Source of the DNA: Bugula neritina
Taxonomy: Eukaryota; Animalia; Bryozoa
DNA: 64,000 nt
Reading direction: 5' to 3'
NCBI GenBank assembly: GCA_964035545.1
Contig: OZ037770.1
Span: 5,652,729 to 5,716,728, forward strand
How positions within the stretch are numbered: the first letter of the stretch is position 1; each line of letters starts with the position of its first letter. The notes under the pieces are model-generated. The model was not told where the DNA came from. It did not search any database and worked only from the letters and a program-made list of their open reading frames with translations. Below, one piece after another: positions 38,956 to 49,816 of the stretch. The position numbers and the translations under genes were made by a program.

Positions 38956-41900
38956 ATGGTGGAACGCGCCGTCGTCTGTCCGTACAGACACGGCGGAACA
39001 TTCCACCCGAGTGGCAGGTACCACGCAGGACTAGTAGGCCCGCACAACGGCCCAGTACCTTCTCCCTGCCACTCGCTAACCGGTTTCACCGGTTACCTCG
39101 GGAAGAGGAGCCCGCCACTGAAATGGAGCCAGAAGGCCCAGTGGAGAGGCCCAAACCCCGCCGGCACCAACCTCGCCGCCGGAAGCCCCGTAAACCACGG
39201 GTGAAACCCCCGCCGTCCTGTCAAACCAGGACAGCACATGCGGGGGGGGGGGGGTGAAAGTACAACCACATGGAGAGAGCTACTTCCTACCCGGAAAGGT
39301 GGCCGGCAATGCCGTCACTTTCCTGCTCGACTCCGGTTGTACTACCAACCTTCTCAGTCGTAGAGTCTTTGAGGCACTGCCCCGCCGGGACAGGGATAGA
39401 GTATGACCGTATACTGGAGAACATGGCACCCTGGCAGACGGGTCATGTATCCCCTTTTATGGTATTATCGAGCTCCCTGGGCGTGTCCGAGATCAGGCTG
39501 TACAGGAGACCTTCATCATAGGTCAACTGGAAGAAGATGCTATCCTCGGAATGCCCTTCTTGAAGCAGCACCAGTGCCGAATAGATTTCAGTAAGTCGGT
39601 GGTGCTGATGGGCGGGCGAGAACTCGCCTGTGTGGATAAGTTTGGGCGTCCCCTGGTGGGCGGTGTTCAGGTAGTTCGGAACTGCACCGTACCCGGACGC
39701 TCCAGAGCTACTATCCACTGCCGAGTGAACAGCAACCGGATAGCCAGGCTCGGGGTCGTTGAAAGCGCGCACGAAAAGATCCAACTCGCCAGTAGTTTAA
39801 ACCGACTAACTGAGCGAGGGGAGGTCTTAGTGCAGTGCGTCAACCCCTTTACCGAGCCCATTGAGCTCCCAGCTGGGTCAATGCTGGGCCGGTTCCATTC
39901 CGTCCAGGAAGAGGACGTGGGCCCATCGCTGGGTGACGTGACGGAGGCACCCCCTCGACACCCTATTCAGGGACGAGGGGCAGTCCCAACACATCTCCGG
40001 GAGTTATACGAAACAGCCAGTGGCGGCTGCGCGAGTAACAGAGAACGCCAAGCTATGGCCAAGTTACTACGCGACTACGGTGATGTGTTCAGCAGCGGAG
40101 AGAATGACGTGGGACTGACTGGAATTGTCAGACACGAAATACCGCTGACTGCAGGGACAGTCCCTGTCCGGCAGCCCACGCGCAGGCTGGGGCCGGAGAA
40201 AGAGAAGGAGGTTAGCCGACAAGTACGGGATCTTCTGGACCGGGGACTGATAGAGCCCGCCCACAGTGCGTGGAGCTCGCCAGTCGTACTGGTCCGGAAG
40301 AAAGACGGCAGTTGGCGGTTCTGTGTGGACTACCGCAAACTCAATAGCGTAACCATACAGGACGCCTACCCTCTACCTCGTATTGACGAGTCATTGGACG
40401 CCCTAGCCGGCAGCAAGTACTTCAGTACGTTAGACTTGCTAAGCGGCTATTGGCAGGTTCCTCTGAGTCCCGACGCCCAAGAGAAAGCGGCGTTTATCAC
40501 ACGGGACGGTTTGTGGAAGTGGAAGGTGCTGCCCTTCGGGTTAACCTCCGCCCCAGCCACTTTCCAGAGGCTGATGGAACAAGTCCTTAGCGGACTCCAT
40601 TGGAAGACACTGCTGGTCTACCTCGATGATGTCATCGTAATCTCTCCAGACTTCGAGACACATGTCAGTCGTCTGCAGGAGGTTTTCGAGAGACTCCGAG
40701 GTGCCGGTCTTAAGCTCAAACCTTCCAAGTGCGCTCTGTTGCAGCCGGAGGTCAAGTACCTGGGGCACGTTGTCGGTCGAAACGGCGTGGCAACGGATCC
40801 CGAAAAGTTACGGGCAGTAGAAGACTGGGTCACCCCTCAAGACTTGACCGGACTCCGGGCTTTCTTGGGGCTGGTAGGGTATTACAGGCAATACATACCA
40901 GACTTTGCGGGCATAGCCCAGCCGTTAAACCGGCTTACCGCAAAGGGAGTGACGTGGCAGTGGACTCCAGTCGAACAAGAAGCGTTCGACCGCCTCAAGG
41001 GCTGCCTCCTAACGGCGCCCATCTTGGCCTACCCAGACCCCACTCTGGAGTACATCCTAGACACGGACGCCAGTGACCAGAATGTTGGCGCTGTGCTGTC
41101 ACAAGTGCAGGAAGGCCGAGAAGTAGTAGTAGCCTACTACAGCAAGTCTCTCTCTCCCGCTGAACGAAATTACTGCACTACCCGCAAGGAGCTGCTGGCA
41201 GTAATCAAGTCAGTGAAGCACTTCAGACCATACCTATATGGCAGGAAGTTCCGGCTGCGTACGGATCATGCCTCGCTGATCTGGTTGTGCAGGAGAGCAG
41301 AGCCTTCTAGTCAGGTCGCCCGGTGGCTCGAAATCCTAGCTGAATTCTCGTACCGGATCGAACACCGACCGGGCAAGAGACACAGCAATGCGGATGGGTT
41401 GAGCCGCCGACCTGACGGAGGTTGCAAACAGTGTCTCAACATCGAGAGGAGGGATGGAGGTCCCCCACGATGCGAGTTGGAGACGCTGGCTCATCACGGA
41501 GCACCGTTTGACTGGGATCAAGGTCAACTCAAGCAAAGAGTTGATGAGTCCCCGGAGGATGTACAAAACCTCCGCGCCAACCCTGTACTGGCCGGTAATG
41601 TTCGAGAGCTGAAGAAGCTCCAAGAAGAGCTGCCTGGAGTCGTGGCAGACATCTACCGGGCCAAAAGGGAAGGGCGACGACCCAGCGAGGAACGCATACG
41701 ACAGGGATGCGCCGAGTTCCGGCTATACTGTCAGCGTTGGGACTCGCTGCGGATCGGGCAGGATGGGTTGCTAACCATCTCTCTAGCTGCCAGCGGCAGA
41801 CACCCGGAAAGGAAGAGGGTAGTCTGCCCCACAGCCATCCGCCGTGAGTTGATTTGGGATACTCACAAGCAGGCCCACGCAGGGGTCAAGCGAGTGATAT

Positions 41901-43528
41901 CCAAATTACGACTCCGGTGGTATTGGCCGCAGATGGAGCGTGACGTCCGGCTCAGAGTCAAACAGTGTGAGATCTGCCAGGCCAGTAAGCATAGCCGCCC
42001 CCCTGGTGAAGCAGGACGGCGGAGGCTATATGCTGGTAGGCCCTGGCAAGTAGTCGCTGTAGACCTGGTCGGACCCATGCCCCTGACCCCCAGAGGTAAT
42101 AATTGGATCCTAGTACTAACCGACCACTTTACTTGGTGGGCGGATGCTCTGGCTATCCCAGATGCATCAGCCCCAACAGTGGCCAGGGCACTAGACCAAC
42201 ATGTATTCTGTTATTTTGGGCTTCCCGAACAGATACACTCTGATCAAGGCGCTCAATTCCAGTCTCAACTGATGAGCGACCTTTGCCACCTCTGGGGAGT
42301 AAATCAGAGCAGGACCACCCCCTACCACCCTCAAGGTAACGGGGTGGTGGAGCGCAACAACCGGATGCTAGGTGATGCGCTCCAGAGTCTCCTCCTTGGA
42401 CGAGGTCAAGAGGAATGGGATACGGTGTTGCCGCAAGTCATGCGTGCATACCGTAGCACCCCACACACCAGTACTGGTGAGACCCCAAACCTCTTGATGC
42501 TCAGGAGAGAGACTCGTGTCCCTGACCATCTCACCTATCACGTTCCAGAGCAGGATAACTCAGTCCATGAGTATGCCAGTGAACTAGTGGAACGGATGAA
42601 GGCCGCACACGAGATACTGCGTCAACAGCAGTGGAAGGTGCGGCACGAAGATTCCGATGAACCACCCCTCTATCAAAGAGGAGATAAGGTGTGGATGGTC
42701 AATTACCGTAGGCGCCGCGGACAGGCTGATAAGCTGAAGCCTAAGTTCGTAGGCCCCTACGTGGTCGTCGAGGCTATGCCCAATCATACGTACAAGATTG
42801 AGCGCTCAGGACAGGTGTCTATCCAGAATGAGTCTCGCTTGAAACCGTATTGGGCTAGCCCTGACGGAGTGGGAGAAGCCCCCCCGTTGTTAGAGCCCAG
42901 GAGGCAGACAACGACGCGCGGGCGACGGCGGCATGGACCTGAATACGAAGTGGTCATACCGCGGGAGGAAAACTTGGTGAGAGAGGAGCGGCAGCTTTTG
43001 TCAACAGAAGCGTGTCCGCCACCGCCAAGTCTAATTCCATCACTTCCAGAAACCGAGCCGGTTCCGGAAGTGCAAACCCCCACGGAGGGAGGGGCTCCAT
43101 CCGGAGAACAAGAAGAGGTGACCACTAACGGTGAAGTAGAGACGCCATTAGAGGCCCCTACTAACGAGCCGGCAAGCGTGTCACCCCCCCTAGAAAGGGG
43201 ACAGCGTACGAGGAAGCCCCCACCGTATTTGAAAGACTTCATATGTGACTGCATTAGAAGCGGCGCACATGAAAGTCTAGGGGAAAACCGTACGATGAAA
43301 TGTTGGAGTTGTGAACCCCACGCAAATATCAACTTTTGCGAGGGCGGAATAGTGGGAGGAATTAATGCGCGTAAAGCAAATAGTTCCGACCTCGTGCCTC
43401 AGAAACGATGCTCAGCCTTTTCTTATGCTGACATCGCCAAAGGCAGACGTATCTCACAACCAGCTCCAACCTTACCAAGAACGTTGAGTATGGACATTAA
43501 TACCGAGTTCCCAGGTAAGCCAGTATAA
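38901..43528 (+). CDS. pol: Pol of element 2 (PR-RT-RNaseH-IN), entered by -1 frameshift; RT-IN part intact, protease region has two lesions
   Basis: The -1 frame is open from 38901 to 39254. A G13 run (39242-39254) shifts the frame. LLDSGC protease follows, then an in-frame TGA at 39404-39406, then the 1325-aa ORF with YLDD, TDAS, HHCC, DDE and GPY motifs. Confidence 0.92.
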
Positions 43529-43545
43529 GTCTTGTATTCCTATTC

Positions 43546-44619
43546 ATGGAAACGGGCTCGATGCCAGTAAATTCTGAACTAATTCAGCAGATTGAATCAG
43601 AATTACTGGGAACCACGCTTCATGTGAATGACGATGAAGACACTGTAATGGCCGACGGTCTGTTAGACCTAGAGCTAGACACTGTTCTTGGTCAGTCCAC
43701 ACATGATTCATCAGTTCCTCGAGTGCATTCCAAAAACTGTGACTCTCAGGCTAGCAACGGTCGACAGTCACTAGAATTATGTTGTAAAGATCCACCGCGA
43801 TCTAACAATAATTCTACTTTTGTAGACACACTCGCACCCGTCTCTACGGACATGCCTTCTCTAGAGATGGCCTGGGACCCAGAGCCGGCCCCAACAACTC
43901 CTACCACCAGGCAACTACCACCCCAGTTGGAAGCAACCTCCAACTGGATTACCCCTGCCACAGAGAGAGAAATCAGGACCCATCAAGGAGGTGAGAGTAA
44001 TCGTGAATGCAACCTCTGCCAGCAGCGATTCACAACCCACCGCAGACTAAAGGTGCACTTGCCGCAGCACTACATCACCACTTTCTGCCCTTGCGGAGAA
44101 TATAGCTATAACCGTGATTACCTACTGCGGCACCAACGTACTATGCAGTGCTATCAAGGACATGTCTATGAAGTAGACGAATCATCATATCCTGCCTTTC
44201 TCAACGCCATCAAACCACTCATCACTGACTCAGCTCGGCTATCTCGCCTGGAGCAAGGCTTCCCTTCCCCGCGACCTATCATCTCTGGAGCCACAGCTAA
44301 ACCTACACAGTCTGCTAACTCTCCACCTCACAGTCCTATACGCATGCCGCATACCTTTCCTCGTGTCGTACTACAGAGAGTAGACACAAATGCGTATACA
44401 CTCCCTCCTCCTCTTCCATCCTCAGAGCGGAAACGACACAGGCAGCCAACTTCCTCTCGCTCGTCCCCCTGGGCCCGTAACCTACGTGAGGTAGAAGCTA
44501 GGGCGCATGACTTGGAGCAAGAAGTGTACAGGCTGGCCCCACGAATACAGGCAGCCTCCAGTGAACTCAAATACTTACAGGAGTCGATTAAACGCATGAA
44601 GCGTGCGGCCCGCAGTTAA
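43546..44619 (+). CDS. ORF3 of element 2: 357-aa zinc-finger / coiled-coil accessory protein
   Basis: Intact ORF between pol and the PPT. CNLC-x12-H-x3-H finger followed by CPC..H..C. PRVVL motif, basic RKRHR, and heptad-like C-terminus. No signal peptide or TM segment seen. Confidence 0.85.
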   Translation: METGSMPVNSELIQQIESELLGTTLHVNDDEDTVMADGLLDLELDTVLGQSTHDSSVPRVHSKNCDSQASNGRQSLELCCKDPPRSNNNSTFVDTLAPVSTDMPSLEMAWDPEPAPTTPTTRQLPPQLEATSNWITPATEREIRTHQGGESNRECNLCQQRFTTHRRLKVHLPQHYITTFCPCGEYSYNRDYLLRHQRTMQCYQGHVYEVDESSYPAFLNAIKPLITDSARLSRLEQGFPSPRPIISGATAKPTQSANSPPHSPIRMPHTFPRVVLQRVDTNAYTLPPPLPSSERKRHRQPTSSRSSPWARNLREVEARAHDLEQEVYRLAPRIQAASSELKYLQESIKRMKRAARS

Positions 44620-44879
44620 CTCGAGTCTACCTACCACTCCCTACTACTCATTCCCCTACCTCTCTGTGGCATTCCCTACCATAATGGTGGCACGTACTCT
44701 ATATGTAGATAGGACCTTCTCTTGCTTATTACTAGTGCACGATATATATACCTGTATATTTTTACCAGTTGTTGTTTTTTTATATACTTTATGCTGTTCT
44801 CTTACCCCCCCAACGAAGTATACGTTTTTTATGTGAATCTTATTTTATCAGAAAGTGGGCTTTCTGCTGGAGGGGGCAG

Positions 44880-45184
44880 TGTGGTGGCTCGCGGAGCTAC
44901 CAGCAACACAATACGCAAGGTTGCGTATTGACCCGGAACAATGTATTAGCCAATTAGCTAAGCTGTTTGATAAGTAATAGTAGCCGCTTCGCGCTACTAG
45001 CTCAGTTGAGGATAGTGCTGTAAACTAAATAGACGTGCGTATCATTACTGTTGTACATTGGATTTTTATTATGTATTCTTGTATTAAATATAACGATATC
45101 TACTCGACTTAACTGGTGAAGTTTCTCTAGTGTTAAATAGACTCTCTTGGTGGCACATCAACCCTAAATCTGAAAACTATAACA
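44880..45184 (+). repeat. 3' LTR of element 2
   Basis: Preceded by the purine tract GGAGGGGGCAG. Confidence 0.97.
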
Positions 45185-46112
45185 ATAAGATAACACGTTG
45201 CACCGTATTCTCTTTTAAAGAATATGCATCTTTTCTATACGAGTATGATGATTTTGCCACTTGATATTAAAACTAAACTTAGTTTCCTGGTGAACCATCT
45301 CACTCACTGATTGGCTCCGTATAACAGTTGAGTCAATGCGATTGGCTAACATATTGATTGTAGCTGTATGAATGCAGAGACATGGAAAGTGTAAAATTTT
45401 GTTATCTTATATACCATAGGTTATTTCTCGTAATATAAAATTGAAGCTACATCATATACTACTCTAGAGACGAATATACAGCAATATCTATTTACTGAGT
45501 GACAAATCCTTCACACTTTTGTAAATGGCGACAGTATATATAGTATCCAAAACACAAGTAAATTTTGTTTTCTTGGATTTTGAATAAAGTAGTAAATAAG
45601 CAGGGCATAATTTCACAGTATCTCGTCCTCAGACATAACACTTATGTACCAATACGAGATACATTACATCATAATTAAATGTTGTCTATCGGCAAAAATT
45701 TTGCAGTAGCCAATCATAGTACTATAACAGGGCAGTCTGAGTGTAGTATCTCGTTTATCGGCATAATTATAATAGCCCGTAGTTGAAGATGGAGTTGGAA
45801 GCTTTTCAAATACCTCCCACATATAATAGCATTTATGCTGGTCCCTACAGCTAAATAAACATTATGGTAGACCAATAATCATGAAAGCTCTACTCATTTG
45901 TAACTGGAGGATTTGTAGCACCACAATACTAAATTTCTTGCATTGGAGGTGCTCAGGCTGTGTTGTCATAGTGATATGTACTTATTGGGGCTTGGTATAA
46001 AATTAAACCTGACAATTATAAGGATTAAAGTATTATTGCTGTGGTTTCAACTGACCAACTTTGGAGTTATTATCTCGATTCTTTGTCAGGAATGGTTAGA
46101 TAATTTCATGCA

Positions 46113-46174
46113 ATAATGAGTTTTGGCTTTATATCATTATAAATAATGAGTTTTGGCTTTATATCATTATAAAT
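46113..46174 (+). repeat. Short tandem duplication (2 copies of ~29 bp)
   Basis: AATAATGAGTTTTGGCTTTATATCATTATA repeated head to tail. Confidence 0.85.
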
Positions 46175-49100
46175 ATCTACATTGATGGCAGCACTGAGCT
46201 AGAATTCTAATATCTTTTCAAGCTCATTGGGTGGCAGATTATTGGCTAAATTTTATGCAGATATTGAATAAATAATGTGGTTTGATAGTTGTGCTATATT
46301 GTTAGGTTCACAAGCATCTTTAAAAAGTTATAATTATTGCGTTGACCATAGGTCAAAAAATTACCTAAAGAGAGGGCAGACAACTCCAAAAGATTGTTTT
46401 CGCAGAAGCAAGTAAAATTCAACTAAACTGAATACTCCAACTGATCAACATTTTCATCTATTAAAATTGAAGAAAAGTTAAATATTATTATACTATTCTA
46501 ATCATGAATAGGCACAAGCTAAAAATATATTTATTTCAAAAAATATAAAAAGTAAAGTAACACAACAATGTTTGCAAACGCAGACCTAAAAATGTGAATA
46601 TTCTAGCTTGAAATTAAGTCTGAAATTCAGACTTTTCGAGGTTGAATTGACTCACCAGAAAAAACAATTAAAAAAATTATAAAGACAAGCATGTAATGAA
46701 ATATGTAATTCATTAGCAAAACTGGAGGAAAGCACTTTTTTTTCTAGAAATTGTTCGATTACATAATACATTTTGGGCAAATGATGTTTTTTAATAAAAT
46801 GAAACTGTTGTATTGTTTGGCTAGATGAAGTTTCAAAAGTATTTTTAATATTTTCTCAAATAAAGTAGACATGCACTCCATTTTCACATTTTTTGGCAAA
46901 ACATGATTGGGATTCAGTAGTCAATCAGTTAAGTTTGACACAAGGAGTTGTCACATCCATTCCAAAGAACAAGACCATCTACAATAACAAACATGGAAAG
47001 TACCTAAAATTACATTTAAGTTTACAACAGTCCTTAAAATAAATGTTGCCTTCTACCAATGTTAAATAAGAACATGATGTAATGCTATGTTTACTTAGAC
47101 TAAATCTTGCTGACTTACAATGAAATTCATTCATTTCAATTTGAAAATTCCTGTCAATAACTTGACTCTATGCTAACAACTGATTGTAATACCAAAATCA
47201 CACTGCTACTTTTAGTTTAGGGAATTCGTTTCATTATTAGTTCAATATTCAGCAGAGGTTTTTCTTTAATGAACAAACAATAGGCATACATGCAGATGAA
47301 AGATTAGGTCTAGTGAATACTAACTTTGTGTCTAACAAAAGAAAATGAAAGACTGCATGAAAAATTAACAACTCTAAAAACTTGCAATTTGAATGAGGCT
47401 CAGGCTTTTAGGTGAGCAAGAGTAACCAGAAGAGCTACTTTAATGGAAGAAATTACTGACTGATTGTGTAGTTGCAGGCTGCATGATGTGTTTTGATTGT
47501 CACAACCACTTTTGAAAAGGGAAAATCCATTAAATTAAGACTACTGGCAAACAACAGAACGATAAGGAAAAAATACCAAGTAGAAATTCACTTCTCAAAG
47601 CAAACTGTAGTTGATACATTATAGATGCTTAGAAGAAGCAGGCAATAGTGAATGCTATATAGTGTAGATCAGGATTCTATACAATGACAAGTAAACTGAA
47701 ATTGCAGTGCACTTTGAAACTACTTGTAAGAATGGGCTTAGTGCTTTATAGTGCCTTGAAATTTTTTCAAGTCTAATTGGCACCATGCTATTAGAATTCG
47801 CAGAGAGATGACCCTTTAAACTTTCACTTTAAACTTTAATACCTTCACGATTTTCAGTAAGAAATTCAATTTATCTAGGTCTAAAATTTCACCGAGTTGC
47901 ATTGTAAAAGCCGCTGGTCAAAATGTTTAGTTTGTGATAACTTAATCAGCTGATTTCAGAATAACAATCATTGGGAATGACATCTTCATGTAGATATAGA
48001 TATTTATGCTTATAATTATATCGACTGCCTTCATCAATCATCGATACTATGCTGCCAAATCAACTAATTAATTACAGTTGGAAACTTCAATGGGCATTGA
48101 ATAGCAATTTAGCAAGTTATACTTTTAATATTACAAAAAGAACTTATGCATCAATATGATTTAAAACATAGGTGGGTACTCGGCAAGTGATATTAACTGA
48201 AACTGGAACTTTTTTCATGCAGGAAAAGCATCAACGCAACTCAACAGAAACTTAAAAATGTCCGGCACACTTTATGCTTTGGCAACATGCACACAATAAC
48301 TTCGTTTATGGTACAAACCTTTTTGTTGATTGTTTTCCAACATTTTCACTAGAGCAAAGCCGAAAGAAATTTGGAAACTGCATAATGACGCCAACCACCG
48401 TGGCATCATCTTCTCTGGAAAAGTATTGACAAATCATCACCCAAAAACTTCAGCAAAGCCTCCATCAATAGTATGTAATACTTTAGCTGAAACTAAAAAG
48501 AAAGAGACAATATTTTCGTGTAATTTAACCCATCAATAAACGCATCAATAGTTAGTGTGGCCACGGTTTAAACCTCATTAATTTCATGCTATTTAAGGCT
48601 TTTACAACTTAAAAGATGTAATTCATCTGCAAGAGAAATGTTACGTATATGAAATGAGTAGAAGTGCAAAAGCAAGCAGGTATTAAGGAAGGACGAGTTA
48701 GTAGGTGTACTTTGACTTGCGATAGATCAATGTGATACCAGATGTGAATTTTGAGGCGTGTTTACTCCAATCTCACTGAAAAGGTATAAATAGCTAAATT
48801 TACGAGACACACAATATTTTATGAAATACTGCACATTCATTAAAACTTTATAAAACTCTAGTGTGAAGGGTGACTCACACTTTTAAACCATAGATGAGCT
48901 AAGTTGTAAAAGTTTGATAAGAACCTTTTACTCTATAAATTTATGCAACATAAAATACTCACCACATATTCAACAGCTACGAAGTTTTGTTGAAGATAAA
49001 CTTCCTCAACAAATATACAGAAAAAAGCTATTTGAAAGCCAAATTTCATTAGCATATTATAAGATTATTTGTGTTTCATCTTTATAAACAGTGATTTAGT

Positions 49101-49528
49101 CATTTAACTGATAACTAATGATTTCACTTTGTTTTTCATTCAATAAAAACTAAGTGTAGTTGGTGTTAAAAACAGTTTTCATTTCTCACCCTAGTCTGCG
49201 TAGGCAAACAATTGGATTGTTTCAAACACCACATAGGTAAAGCGTGACAGCATAGCCAGTGGAGAAAACGATCATCTATACTGCTGGATCAGTGGCAACT
49301 TGTGAGTGTGTCAGAGTACTGTCTTGTTGTGTGACTCTACAAATAAATTATGAATTTGAATATACTACAAAGTTGCAAACATTGTTTTAACAAAACACAG
49401 CATTTATTTGATATTATATGTAAAGCTCAAGTTGGTATAATATATATTAAATACATTTTAGCTTTCCTTTTGGATACTCTGAAACAAAATAAAAAAATAA
49501 ACCAAAATTGGGTAAAGCCATGCAAACT

Positions 49529-49816
49529 AGAGAGAGAAAGAGAGTGGGAGAGGGGGGGTGGGAGAGAAAGGTTAGGAGAGAGGATGGAAGAGAGATGGGG
49601 TAGAAGAGAGAAAGGGAGAGAGTCAGAGAGATAGTCGAAAAGGGAGGAGAGTAAGGTTAGGAGAGAGAGAAGGTGGGAAAGACAGAGAGTGGGAGAGAGA
49701 GGGAGAAGGTGGGAGAGACAGAGGGTGGGAGAGAGGGAGGGTGGGAGAGAGGGAGAGAAAGAGAGAGAGGTTGAGTGGAAGGTGTGGGAGAAAGAGACAG
49801 AGAGAGGAGTGAGAGA
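49529..49816 (+). repeat. GA-rich purine tract (degenerate GA microsatellite)
   Basis: Almost pure G/A sequence, seen directly. Confidence 0.9.

Larger units (their letters stand above)
37745..45184 (+). mobile_element. Ty3/Gypsy LTR retrotransposon, element 2 (very recent, three ORFs)
   Basis: Identical 305-bp TG...CA LTRs. TSD ATAA at 37741-44 and 45185-88. PBS 38051-38067, PPT ~44869-44879. Confidence 0.98.

Noticed and set aside
43546-44619. ORF3 as an env gene
   Set aside because: No signal peptide, fusion peptide or transmembrane segment; zinc-finger motifs instead.
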